Positions 41,466-54,684 are shown, numbered from the stretch's first letter. The stretch is 64,000 nt of DNA from Felis catus (GCF_018350175.1 NC_058383.1:29452001-29516000), one strand, 5' to 3'. A program made the numbers and translations. The notes: generated by a model from the sequence alone, not told the origin.

Positions 41466-44403
41466 GAAAAAGTGACTGCACAAAATCATATAGTGACACC
41501 TCTGTGCAAAGGCCTGGCTGAACCACTCTGCCTGCTAAGGATAACCTGTTGTAAAAAACACACAATCTGTCCAGAGGAGGAAATGATTTATTTTCCTACC
41601 ACTAGATCCCCACAGCGACCAACTATAAAATCCAATCCAAAGGAAAAAGAGGAAAGAACAAAACAGCACACAATTTGCAATCTGCTGGCAGGTACGAAAC
41701 GGAATTAGCAAAGACTGAACAACAACAACAAAAAAAGTTCAGCAGCACTGCTTGCTTCCCTTTGATTACACAGATTTAAACAAGTCCAAGTCCTTTTTAA
41801 CTCATGAAAAAATGAAAAACAAGCATTCCCTCCTGTAACAAAATTAACATCCCACAGAAGGTCTGTTTGTACTTGGCCGTCATGAACCTTTCATCTCCAA
41901 GCACTGCTAAATTAAACAAGCCTATGTTGTATTGAACACAGCGAGCCAGACACCCTGGCAGGCTCCTAACTTCATCCGTTGATGCTGAAGAACATTCAAA
42001 ATAAAGAGGATGGCGATGGTGGTGATAAAGTAGCCTCCTCTTCGCTCTGTCCAACATAACAATTATCTACAATGATGAAGCACTCCAACAACTCTGAGAC
42101 CCCTTTCTCTGCTAGTGCAGAGAAGAAGAGAGCACACTTTGGAGCCAGAGACGTATGAATTCAAGTCATTGTTTTGCTTTGTTTTTTAACACACTAGCTG
42201 AGTGCCCAAGGACAACTTTCATAATGAAGGCATTCTGTGCTCTAAAACCGGGTGATTATATCTATCCTCCGAGTGTTGTTAAGGTCAAAACGTGAGAACG
42301 GCCAATGCTCAGTATGCCAATCCCTACCGCTCTCAACTCTTCACAGCAAATGCTCATTTTAGAGCTTCTATCACAGTATAAGTAACTGACATCAGCCATC
42401 CTTTTCTACCCTGAGGACACCTAAACAACCAAAAGATCCTGTGAAGATTTCATATTAAATAAATTACCCCCTTCCACAGAACTGAAAGGAAGAAAGCCAT
42501 CAATAACGTCTGCTTTAAATGTATTAAATCAGGGCATGGCACAAAGCATTCATTCACCTAAAAGGTATTTAAAAGTACTGAACCGAGTGAGACATACCAA
42601 GAGAAACACGTACTATTAGGGAGAAATGCCTATTTTTCAGTGCAATAATTGGTAACCTTTCTGTAAAGATTGACGCCATCTGATTATAATTCCCAAGTGG
42701 CAGTAATCAGTTCTTAAGGTAAAAGAAAAAGGAAGTGGGATGGTTTCAAGCACTCCAGAAAAGATGTAGGAGGATATCCTTTCCCAGTGACAGCAATTAA
42801 TGTTTGAGTGATGGCTGCTAGAACATTCAGATTGAAAAACTTTGTCACATTAGAACAGACCAAAATCTACTTAAAACAAAACTTAGTGGGTTTAACAAAC
42901 ACAAACACGACCCTCGCCACGAAGTGGGCATCCTCTCTGAACAAACCAAACGGGCACAAAGGCACGAAGCGTGCGTGTAGCTCCCGTACTGGTCACCACA
43001 CCGGTAGGACAGGACTAGCCATACTCTCGTGCTGGAAGTCTATTTAAAGAGAGTCTCTGGACCCTGCAGTAACAGACAAGAGTCAGACTCCCTCTGCCCC
43101 GCTCCAGACAAATTTCTATCAAGCCCAACACGAGGCCAACCTTCCGGCGTTAGCAAGGAAGACTTCTGGAGGAGGATGGACCGTTCAGAGGCTGGAGATT
43201 CCCCGAGGGAGTTTCTCTAAGCCCTGTGCTCATCGTGGAACTTGAAGCCCAAAGCTACCGCTCTCCACTGCTCTCTGCCTCTCTGGGGTGATAATAATGC
43301 CTTTGTGAGAGACCAACTCAGGTATGCACACTGCAGAAGTAAGCCCAGGGTGCTTACTAGGGATTCAGCCGCACAGAAGCACTGAAAAATCGCTTTCCAC
43401 TCTTCCATACCCTCACCCTGACCATGAAACCATTTCATGTGAATAGTCTACCACCACAAATTCCGGACATGAAGACAGAACTTCTCCTCTTTCCAACTTT
43501 CCAATCAAAAAGCCACTTATACTGCCAGTCTAAACTTTAAGCGGTACGCCTAAAATAGGAAATTGTTACAAATGCACAAAATCCAACCCATTAATACACA
43601 AGAATGTCTTAAAATCTGTTGAAATGCAGAACAATTTTTACAAATACAGCTAAGAGCAGAAATAAAAGATAAAGTCTTAATTCTAATTAAGACTTTGGTT
43701 TAAGTACTACTGGTAATTCCTCACTTTTCAGGAGTATTTTTAGATTTAAGGTTTTAAAGCATGCAATTACAGAAATTAGCTCCTCAGTGAAATGAAAGCT
43801 ACCATGTAAGCAAATTCCTATACTACCACAGAAAAAGTTTCAAGAACCCAGAACTTTGGTGATTTCAGAAGACAATTACAAGGTTATACCATTAGCCACA
43901 CTAAAATATCCAAGGAAAAACTCCAGGAAATCTCATCAATTTCGACCCCACTAATGAAGACTCAATAATGTCCTTTCAGGTCTGCCTAGATTTCACTTTG
44001 GACTATTCATTTAGTAAGGGGTTGCTAAGGAAATTAAAGTACAAATAAAAATTGCTAGGGGGTTATTTAATCGATTTAAAATTTTTTACATGCAAATAAC
44101 TGCTGCTAAAATGCTAATTAAAACTAGCTCATGCATTCTCTAAAACCCCATAATCCAGTGGAAACAAAATGTATGAAACAAAAGTCCCCAACACTGCTTA
44201 AATCTATTAAATGCTTGTTCCATCTGCTGTGTTTATTTTGGCCGTGAAGAACTAGTTTAGGAGTCAGAAAAGCTTAAAAGGCAGGATACTGGACAAAGAT
44301 TTATACAGTCTTCTCAATGGCTGGCAATCTGTTTCTCTACTTCTATTTTTAACAAATGCTGAACCACACAATTAAAATATAACTCAATGTCTTTCCATCA
44401 TAG

Positions 44404-44624
44404 TTTTTTTTTTTAATTTTTTTAATCTTTTATTTTTTTTTGGAAAGAGAGAGACAAGCCCAAGTGGGGGAGGGGCGGAGAGGGAGGGAGACAGAGAATC
44501 CGAAGCAGGCTCCAGGTTCTGAGCTGTCAGCACAGAGCCCGACGCGGGGCTCAAACTCACGAATTGTGACATCATGACCTAAGCTGAAGTCGGACACTTA
44601 ATCGACTAAGCCACCCAGTGCCCC
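44404..44624 (-). mobile_element. CanSINE
   Basis: Reverse orientation; TSD tccatcata. Confidence 0.9.
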
Positions 44625-44785
44625 TCTCCATCATAATTTAAAATATATTCTGGGGTATTCTCTTTAGCCTTGTCTACAAATAACAACTGAAAAATCATCC
44701 CATGTCTATAATACCAAACATCATAGGATTCTTGAATTAAGATCTAGCATCTTACCTAGTTTAGATACTTACTATGGCCTTAACA

Positions 44786-44787
44786 GC

Positions 44788-44819
<32 letters not shown>

Positions 44820-44820
44820 C
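44786..44820. repeat. (CAA)n microsatellite
   Basis: Directly visible. Confidence 0.95.
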
Positions 44821-45371
44821 GAAATGGGATATAATCCAAACCAACAGTCCAAACAAAATGTCACAAAATGTTACTGTAGTAAGTGTCACTATAATTATGC
44901 ATGTCTAGATTTAGGTGCATTTAAGAGTCACAGACACTAGCTTTCTTCTCCAAGGAATTAAATGTCTTCATTAAAACCTAAGGGACTCCTCACTTACATC
45001 TTAGTTCTAACTCAACGATGCCAATACACACCAATCATTAATTCCCTCAAAAACAACTTGAGCGTCTGCCACATATGTGCCAGGTGTCACATTAGTTGCC
45101 AGTTATAAGCTGGTAGATAAAACACACTTGGCTGCAGCCTCAATAATGTTAACTTGGAATGAAAAGAAAAGGACCCACATGAAACACAATCTATATTATA
45201 AGAAGATCCATTTTATACATAAGAAAAAAAGATGAATTTTAATACGCTTTTTATACAAAGAACAAACAGTAGGACAATGACATGGCTGGGGTCTGTTTCA
45301 TGGGAGACCTTCCTTAAGAACTCTCATTTGATTGAAATAAAATCTAAAACAAACATAAAATCAGAGCTCAC

Positions 45372-45620
45372 ATTCACATCAGAAACTGACAAAATACTCT
45401 GGACAGATGAGACTCCGCATCGATATTCACAGGTTTACTGTTGAACAAGTATTCGTGTAACTGACAAGTTCAATACAGATTCCACTGTCCCCCAAGTTTG
45501 CGAATCACATTCTCTATGCTAGTCTGCAACTGGGATCTGTGTTTGAAAGATGTTAACGAGTCAGTTTTTAAAGCTTCTTCAAGCTCCACTATGAATGAAT
45601 AAAAAACAAAGTACTGCTCC
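45372..45620 (-). other. TMCC1: Exon 2 (249 nt, 5' UTR, contains uORFs)
   Basis: Acceptor ttttcctctgtag|GGAGCAG and donor GTGAAT|gtgagc; unique non-repetitive sequence; a second acceptor (ttttattcattcatag|TGGAG) would start the exon at 45588. Confidence 0.65.
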
Positions 45621-46655
45621 CTACAGAGGAAAACGTCCAGTATCCAAAACAATTAGTTAGTTGCCAATAATTGAAAAATATTTGTAATGAGGTAATCAGG
45701 GAAACAGAACTAAAAACAAAGGACTCAACATATTTGAACATTTTCCTCATATTCAAGTCCAAGAGAGTGTCTCACTCACACAGGAGAATCACAGGTCTGT
45801 TCTCATGTAAAGAAATTCTTCATGTAAGTGAGAGTATCAGATGAAAGAGGTCTTTGAAAACATAAAAGGCTTATTTAGGTCAAAACCTTGCTATCTCAAA
45901 GATACTATTTTTTTCTCCTATTGGATTGGCGAAGATTAAAAAGGTTAACAGAACTCGGTGTGGGCAGGCGTATGGAAAACAGGACTCTCATCAACTCTGC
46001 GGGGCTGGAGGGCAGGTGATCAACTGGTAGTCTTTACAGAGGGTAGTTTGGCCAAATGGACCAACGCTGAAAATGTGCGTCATGTCTGACTCAGCACTTA
46101 TACCTCCGGGGAGACAAATGAACAAGGACACAGCGATGTGAGTACAAGGCTGATCAACATACCACTATCCGCTAGAAACGGTCTAAATGGTCATCAAAGG
46201 AATGATTAAAGTATGGCGCCTCCCAACAATGAAATATCACACAGTATAATCATCATGTATGGTTATGCACGCCTTGTACAACTCGTGGGTAGAGAATGAT
46301 ATAAACTACATTGTTGCATTAAAAAAAGACTACCATCTACAGCGTAAACCAATTTATTTAATGATTTGTATACGAGTACTTCTAAATCCACTGATACATT
46401 TCTTAAAGTACGTTCAGCAAAATATTAATGGCAGGCATTTCTGTGTGCCACTATCTCCCTTGAAAGCAGGCTGTGGAGAGAAATTAAAAAAAAAAAAGGT
46501 GCTGGGGAGGGGGGAGGGAGGCTGGGAGGTTGGAGGAGGGGGAGGTTTCCTTTTGAAAAAAATTAAATCATAAAAAACTTACCTCAGTAAAAATATTTAA
46601 TTATCTTCCTGTCTTACATCCTCTTTCTTAGCACCTTTACTGTGAACCTGCGGCC

Positions 46656-46679
46656 GGGGGGGGGGGGGGGGGGGGGGGG
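46656..46679 (+). repeat. G24 homopolymer
   Basis: 24 consecutive G. Confidence 0.95.
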
Positions 46680-47136
46680 TTGCGGAGAAAGTAAAAATTA
46701 CTTTTTCCTGACCACCTACTACATGCCTGGCAGGGGCAGTCAGAGAAAGCCTCCTGGAAAGCATGAAGTCTGAGATAAATTGGAAAGAACAAAACAGAAG
46801 TTACTAAAATGGGATGGCTGGGAAGGAAAACGGCATGTTGCAAGTGTGATTAAGTAACTTTTCCTAAATTGTTCAAGAACCTATAAATGGCATACTCAAC
46901 AAACAGGTGGAGAACACTGTAAAAGGTTAAGGGTTGGGCTGCTAGACTCGGAACGTCTGTATTTGAATCTCAGCTGTAGCACTTCCTAGCTCATGAGCCC
47001 TGGTTCCTGAACAGAGATAAATAGCACCCAATTCTAGGACTGCTGAGGATTATAGGAGATAATCCACATGAGGGACTGTACAACAGTTCCTGGAACATAA
47101 TAAATGTTCAATAAATGTTAATTTGGGTTTTTACTC

Positions 47137-47348
47137 TTTTTTTTAACGCTTATTATTTATTTTTGAGAGACAGAGACACAGCACGCGCGGGAAGGAGCAG
47201 AGAGAGAGGGAGACACAGAATCTGAAACAGGCTTCAGGCTCCGAGCTGTCAGCACAGAGCCTGACACGGGGCTCAAACTGACAGACCATGAGATCATGAC
47301 CTGAACCAAAGTTAGACGCTTAAGCGACTGAGCCACCCAGGTGTCCCT
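47137..47348 (-). mobile_element. CanSINE
   Basis: Reverse orientation; TSD gtttttact. Confidence 0.9.
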
Positions 47349-48359
47349 GTTTTTACTATTATATGTTCTTACATAATAAGTCTGTTTGCCTCTCACCACC
47401 ATTATTACTGTTGTTATTAAGAGATGATATAATCCTTGTTCTCAAGGGGCTTACAGTATAGAGTATAAGAGTTACCCAGATACTATAAGGCTAAAGAAAG
47501 ATCAAAGTCAATTATTCATTCACTTATTTAACAAATACCTGAGTGTCCATCCTTTGCCAGGTATTTTGTGGGCATCTTTGGATGAATGGACAGATATGGT
47601 TTCTCTCTTCGGTTTCCAGTCGATCACAGGCCAAGCTATAGGGCAGATGAACTGCACAAGGAGACGGATACTGTTCTTCACTGGCTGAGGGGCAGTACGT
47701 ATCCGAACCGGCAGACACAGGTAGCAGAACATTCTGGGTGGAAGGGATGGTGTTACAGGATACACAGGGCCTTCAGGGAAAGCTAAGTAGCCTTGCTGTC
47801 AGGGTGCATCTACAGGGCAGTAAGTAGTAATGCCAGAAAGTAGGAGGGGCCTCAAGTGCGGAGCTGGGTTTGTTTCCTATCTCAAGCACACTGATTATCC
47901 CGTTGGCATTGAATCAGAGCTTACTTTTAACTTCAATCCCAACACTTTACTGTTTTTCTCCATGGTTTCTTTTTTTCCTCTTTCAATGATGAAAGGGGTA
48001 AGAGTGGGAAAAAGAAAAAACCCAGTGGCCTCAACCCATGTTGGCCTTGGTGGTGGAAGCAGCAGTAAGTGATGAGTCTCTTGCGTTCTTGTTTAATTCC
48101 TCCAACATCCTTACATAGAATGCTTCCTTGTACAGGTTCAGGAAGTGAGGCTGAGAGAAGTCAAACAGACCTCCTCAAGTCCAAGGGCTAATAAATGCAG
48201 ACACGGATTTCAACTGCAAGCTTGACCTTCAAAGCTTTCTTTCTCTTGGGCGAAAATGTACAAGGGAATTTGCAGAATTTGAAGTCTCTTAAAAACTACT
48301 TGTAACTTCAGGGTCTGTCAATTTCTGTACTCATACAGAAAAACAACCTCCATACATAC

Positions 48360-50270
48360 AGGCAAAACCACTTAGAAAAGATAAAGAGAAGATCTCACAA
48401 AAGCAACACAAAAGGTAAAATACGTAAAATAAATTTTAAAAAAATTGGCAAAACGTATGTAAGAAAAAATTTTAAATGCTCCAGAAGGACTCAAAAGTAA
48501 AACCAAACAAATGAAAAAACTACACAAGGTTCTTGGATGGGAAAATTCAATATCAAGGACATACAAATTCTCTCCATAAAATTAGTTTATAATTTTAACA
48601 TGATCTCAATTTTTTAAAGCTTTTTTTTTTCTGGAACTAGACAAAATGATTATAAAGTTAACATGGAAAAGTGAAAAAGCAAGAATTTCCAGGAAAATGA
48701 AGGGCAACGGGGGAAACTAAAACAGTTTATAAAACCAATAACGTGAACTGGTGTCTGAATACAAAGACTAATGGAATAGAACAGGGAGTCCACAGATGGG
48801 CCCCAATACACATGGAAGTTCTAAATACAATAACGGTGTATTTATTGTATTCTGAAACAAATGGGTAAAGATAGCTGGCAGCTACATGAAAAAAGATAAA
48901 GTTTAATCTATATACCATCCCTGAACACCAGAATAAATCCCATATACTGTATATCAAAGATTTAAGAGTAAAAATGAGGTGACCTGGGTGGCTCAGTCAG
49001 TTAAGCGTGCAACTTTGGCTCAGGTCATGATCTCACCGGTTGTGAGTTCGACACACTCCCCCCACCCCCTTCAGGCTCTGCACTGACAGCTAGGAGTCTC
49101 TGGGACCTGCTTCAGATTCTCTGTTTCCCTTTCTCTCTCTGCCCCTTCCCTGACTTGCGTGCATTCTCTCTCACAAAAGTAAATAAATAAACATTTTAAA
49201 AAAAGGAGTAAAAATGAAATCATACAAGCACTGAAGGAAAACACGAACAAATTTCAAATTCTTGGCGGCCTTTCTGTGACGCAAAATCCAGACACCGTAA
49301 AAGATTAGAAAAAACTACCTAAAATTTAAAGAAAAATCTTTTAACCTTTCTCTATGCCAAAATCTATGGACATAAATTAAAAAACAAATAAACTGGGGGA
49401 AAGCGCAACTCATGTCCCAAAGGGCTAATCTCTCTGATTTATACATTCCTAGAAACCGGTAAGAAAAAGGCAACCCAAAAGAAAAATTACCAAGGGTATG
49501 AACAGGTAGTTCATAGAAAAGGAAATAGAAATTGCCTTTAAGCATATGAAAAGATGCTCAGCCTTATTCATAATCAAAGTAAGGCACATTAAGACTACAG
49601 TGTTATCATATTTCACGTATCAGAATAATACAAATCTAAAGGTTGGGAAACACTGCTGGAGAGCCCCTGGAGGAACGGGTACCATAAATGCATTACTTGC
49701 AGGAGTTCAAAATGTACAACCCTAAAGAAGGGCAGAATTTATCAAAATTATCAATGCATTGCTCAACGAACCAGTAGTCTCACTTTGGAAAGATATCCCA
49801 CAAATATACCTCACATATGCGAAATGTGTACAAGTTTATTCACCATGACATTGTGATGGTTAAGGGGCTGAACAAAACTCAAATAGGCATCAACAGTTGA
49901 TGCACAGGGGCTAGTTCAATAAACTACGGCACAGGCATACACTGGAATATTCTGAAGCTATTAATGAAGTGTTTTCTACACATTAATATGGAAAGATCCC
50001 AAAGGTATGTGAACTGGCCAAAAAGCAAGGGGCTGAATAATTTACAAGGTATGCTATATTTTATATACAAAGAAGGAGGTATGTATACTCTGCTGGTATT
50101 TGCTTGTGTCTACACAAAGGAAGATCTGTAACGATACAAATAAAAGAGGTTATTTATGGGAAGAGAGGACAGATTAGACCACAAGAGTTGGAAACCAGAC
50201 TCCTCCAAATAAGCTGTTTTAATTTTTGAACTACACGAATATTTTACCTATACAAAAATAATTTTAAAGC
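48360..50270 (+). mobile_element. Old L1 (L1ME-like) remnant interrupted by a SINE
   Basis: gttcttggatgggaaaattcaatatc, aatggaatagaacagggagtcc, gcatatgaaaagatgctcagcc motifs. Confidence 0.75.
48978..49204 (+). mobile_element. CanSINE
   Basis: TSD gagtaaaaatga. Confidence 0.9.
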
Positions 50271-50286
50271 ATTACAAGTGTAACCT

Positions 50287-50519
50287 GGGGCACATGGGTG
50301 GCTCAGTCGGTTAAGCATTCAACTTGGTTTTTGGCTCAGGTCATGATCTCATGGTTTTTGAGTTCAAGCCCTGAGCTGATAGCCTCATGCTGTTAGAGCA
50401 AAGCCTGCTTGGTATTCTCCGTCTCCCTCTCTCTCTCTGCCTCAACCCGACTCTCTCACACGCACTCTCTCTTAAAAATAAACATTAAAATAAATAAATA
50501 AATAAATAAATAAATAAAA
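50287..50519 (+). mobile_element. CanSINE with (TAAA)n tail
   Basis: Head, CT region and tail. Confidence 0.9.
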
Positions 50520-50819
50520 TAGATTGTATCTACCTGTTTTTTTTTTTTTTTAAGGGTAACTCATAGAAGAGAAAGAGAACTACTCATTAGCCAGAGTCAA
50601 AACCCAACAAGCATTAAAAAAGAGAATTTTCTCTGAAATTAGATATCGACAAGCAATTTTAGTGTGGCCATCACTAAAAGCTATAAAAGACAACGTAATC
50701 TTTTTCTCCAACCAGTCTGAAGCCTACAATTATAATAATCCATAAAAAGAGCTATTTAAAGGGGCGAGGAGTTACAAAGGAGAGAAAAGGAAGGGGCAAT
50801 GAAAAGGATGCCTTCGTCT

Positions 50820-51140
50820 AATGGTTCTCATAGTATGGCCCTGGCCCATCAGCATCAGCATCACCTAAGAACCTGGGGAGAAGGCCCCGGCCCCGGCACC
50901 GAGTTACTGAACAGGAAAACCCTGGGAGTAGTGGACGAACATAGCAATTCCTATAATGTACACCCAAGTCTGAGAGCAACTGATCTGGTCCAGCGCTTCC
51001 CACACATTCATGTGCATCACTTGGAGTAGGATTTTGTTAAAAGGAAGATCCCAGTTCAGTAGGGTCTAGGACGGGCCCCAGAGTCTGCATTTCAAACAAG
51101 CTCCAGGATGCTGCTGGTTTGGAGAACCACACTTAGAATA
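50820..51140. mobile_element. Two adjacent MER5A/MER5A1-like MITEs
   Basis: tggttctca...cagcatcagcatcacct; gggccccagagtctgcatttcaaacaagctcc...gaaccacact. Confidence 0.75.
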
Positions 51141-51582
51141 GGTGAGGTCCACCTGGGGGAGGAGAGAGGCAAGCAGACTTCATTGTGACTGAGGGTCCTA
51201 TGGAACCTGCCCTCAACATCAGATGGAAAAAGTCCTTACACAGGATTTCTGGCTAAGAGAAACCGTGCAGCCTCCCATAAAAAAGCTGTACCTAACGTGG
51301 AGTAAATATATTTTCAAAAATATTTCTTATTAAGACAATAATAACTATGAACTGTTGAAATCCACTTTAAGGATGTCCCATCCGAAGAAACTGTCAATTA
51401 TGAGTGTACTTATGACCATTCCAAAATGGAAAAAAACAAAAACAAAACAAAACCATATTCTTATATCTGTTGGGTTACACTGTCTGATTAACTTTACCGC
51501 AAATCCATTAACCACACCATCGGCTCTCCATGAAAAATCACCCAGCATGTTTCTTTCTAAAAATCTTATATAAATTTGTTCT

Positions 51583-51786
51583 GGGGACACCTGGGTGGCT
51601 CAGTCGGTTGAGCCTCCAACTTTGGCTCAGGTCATGATCTCATGGTTCATGGGTTTGAGTCCCGCATTGGACTGGAGCCTGCTTGGGAGTCTGTGTCTCC
51701 CTCTCTCTCTGCCCCTCCCCCACTCATGCTATGTCTCTGTCTCTGTCTCTCTCTCAAAAATAAACATTTAAAAATTTTTAAGAAAA
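51583..51786 (+). mobile_element. CanSINE
   Basis: Head, CT region and tail; TSD ttgttct. Confidence 0.9.
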
Positions 51787-53245
51787 GTTGTTCTTATATT
51801 TATAAGTACTGATTTTTCATTTGCATTACATGGGGGGGGTACTTTTTTTTTTTTTTTTAAATAGGAATCTTCTGAGTAAAGGATTCTAGTTCAGATGGAA
51901 GTATCTAGAAATGTGTCCTTTCATTTTGCAAGTCATGCTTGGGTAAATTTTTCGGCGTTAAACATTAATCAAGGTGCTGAAATTTGTACACATTCCCTAT
52001 GTCACTGAAGGAAGACACCATCAATTCTGAGACATACTATTATTTCATGTGCCACTAAGAAAAGTTGCCAAATCATGACATGCCAATTTTAAGATACCAT
52101 TTCATTTTAGAGATGCATCTTAAAAAATAATGAAATAGCTTAATTATAAAACCCAAAGATATGTGCATAGTAAGTCACTCTTTTTCATCTACAAAGGCAT
52201 GATTTTTGCCCATTCAACAATGTATCCCTACACCTAAAAAGTGGAAATTTCAATATCTATGCAATTCATATTATTTGTTCCATTTTTGTACATATATTTT
52301 TTTTAAGTAGTGATAAAAAAAAGTAGTGAGGAAAAAAAAAAAAAGAGGGATGACCTCTTTTTACCCTGCAACATGATACGGCTTGCTCAAAGTAATAAAA
52401 GTTAATTACTCTCAATCTGGAGGATTTTCCCATCTGTAAGTATTCAATTTATCTATCTCTAGTCAATTTGAAATACATTATCATCCTATTCTGACAAGAG
52501 CCTTTACTTACATGTTTGTTTCCACCTTTCAAAAGTAAGAAGCAATGAACAATATGCATCGTACAGCATCTTCTCCATTCAACAATAAGAAAAATAAATT
52601 GGTTTTGCAGAGTTAACAAGAGTTGAAGAAATGTACGGTGTTACACTGTAGCTATATGTGACTCTGACTTGAACTCTGTGACTCAGTTGCATTTTCCTCC
52701 TGACAACAAGATGAACAGCTTCAAACGAAAAGACAGTTTCTAACAAATCACACTCGGAGGACTGAGGACCTATGTGATTACAGGACATTCTACACCTTTG
52801 AATTTGCACCTCTGAATCCACCTACATCTTCTAAATTCTCTATTATGGATATTAGCAAGAAAAAAGTTATTTAGTAAGTGGTTACACCAATTTATATTTT
52901 ACTTTAACTCAGACCTCTTTAGTTATTCTACACATTGTCATTGTCACTTCCCAAATCCATCCTACCTCACACTGCTCACTGATTCAGGTGTTTGGTGTCA
53001 GCATTTCTAACAAGAATCACAATTAAATAAAGCAAGTTTTTAGGCAAAGGGATATAGGTATGAACCTCTCTCCCGTCTGAGATTCTAGAATAATCAATGA
53101 GAGCGTTACTAGCCAAGAGCCTGCCCTTCTGATACGTCAGATGCCTCAGAAAGAATAGGGGGAAAATTTTTTTCCCCACAAAAGTTGTCAGTTAAAATCT
53201 GCCCCCTTTCCTGTTATAACTGAGTAGATCATGGACTGCTGTTTA

Positions 53246-53432
53246 GAGTGGATCTCAGGGTGGGGTTGTTAGTGTCCCTTAAGAGACATGTTTAGATATA
53301 GAAGTAACTGGGGGACACCACTGGCATTTAATATTTGGGGACCAGGATGCTGGACTGACTTCACACAATGCATGCAACAGATAATGGAAATCCATCCTGG
53401 CCCTGAAAATCTTTTAAATGTCCAGCCAGATT
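53246..53432. mobile_element. MER20B-like MITE
   Basis: ctgggggacaccactggcattt...gggaccaggatgct...aaatgtccagccaga. Confidence 0.55.
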
Positions 53433-54684
53433 AATCACTATAAACAGGCATTACTTTAGAACATACTACCGAAAAGTTTTGAATAAGGAATTATGGGGAA
53501 ACCCCAGTGATTTAGGAGAAGGTAGCTAAAATGAGAAAAGTTGAGATAAAATATGTCTGAAATTAGTGGCCATAGCCTGACATCACACACTGCTAACATA
53601 TAGTTACAAGGTCACAATACTGAGCATATTAACTAATGCGATATCAGCACTGAATCGAAAAATTTCGATCTAATATTTTATTCGTTATCAGTGATAAGCG
53701 GCAGGAATCCAGCACCGTGCCTCAAAGCTTGTGACACAAAAGGTGCCATTCAGTGTGGACTGAAAACACAGCATCCATGGAGGGCTTATATAAATATTAT
53801 TTGCGTGTTGGCTGAATCTGTAATTTACCTTGACACGTTATCCTTACTGCAACCTAGGCTCTTTCTCCCTTTATTATCATAAACAGGTTATCCCAACACT
53901 TAGGTGTCTACCCGCCACCCCTTCCCCGCCCATGCCAGGCTCCATCTATAGCTTCCCTCTTTCCTTTTCTTGTGTGAAATCGCCCCTGATATTTTTACTG
54001 CTGTTCAATCTAAACATCTTCACTGGAAGCAGCTGCAAGCACCCGGTACAAGCTCTCTTCCAGCACAGCAGTGTGTGCGAGATGTAAACGATAACGGCAA
54101 TGTGTGTCATAGATGGTTCTTTTATTTCTCCCTTACACTTAAATCGGGGCATCACAGTGATGTTCAACTACGTGTGCAGGTAGGTTACACCGTTGATGAG
54201 TTTCACGGTAGGGAGGTAAAGCGGGCTTTGCGAAAGTGTGCTGCAAAGGGGAGGGGTCTTGGTTCTAACAAGGCTGAGAGCACCACAGCTTCCGAAGACT
54301 GTAATCATGTGCTCATCGGCAATCAAACTTCAAAGTTTCCTTTGCTTACAGCAAGCCCTGGGCTCCAAAAGTCCACTTCCATTCAGCCTGACAACCCATC
54401 CCTGGCACATACTCGCTGCTCTAAGACCTCTTCTGGGGTCGTGCAGGGCCATACATGAGTTCTTGACCATCTGGGGGTCAGGGACCCTTCTGGGAATATG
54501 ACCAAAACCAAAGACCCTCTCCCAAGACACTGCTATACCATGCTGCAGCCAGTTCCGGGGGGTGGGGGTGGGGGGCTCCACACACCTACTGCAGCCCAAC
54601 TCGGACCCCAGGAAGACTTCAAGCCCTAAAACCCTGAGAGTGGGGGTGGAGACAAGGATGGGAGGCAAGGACGGGACGTGGGGG

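Noticed and set aside
53970..54458. 162-aa plus-strand ORF near the promoter
   Set aside because: Non-ATG start, no recognisable domain, antisense within intron 1.
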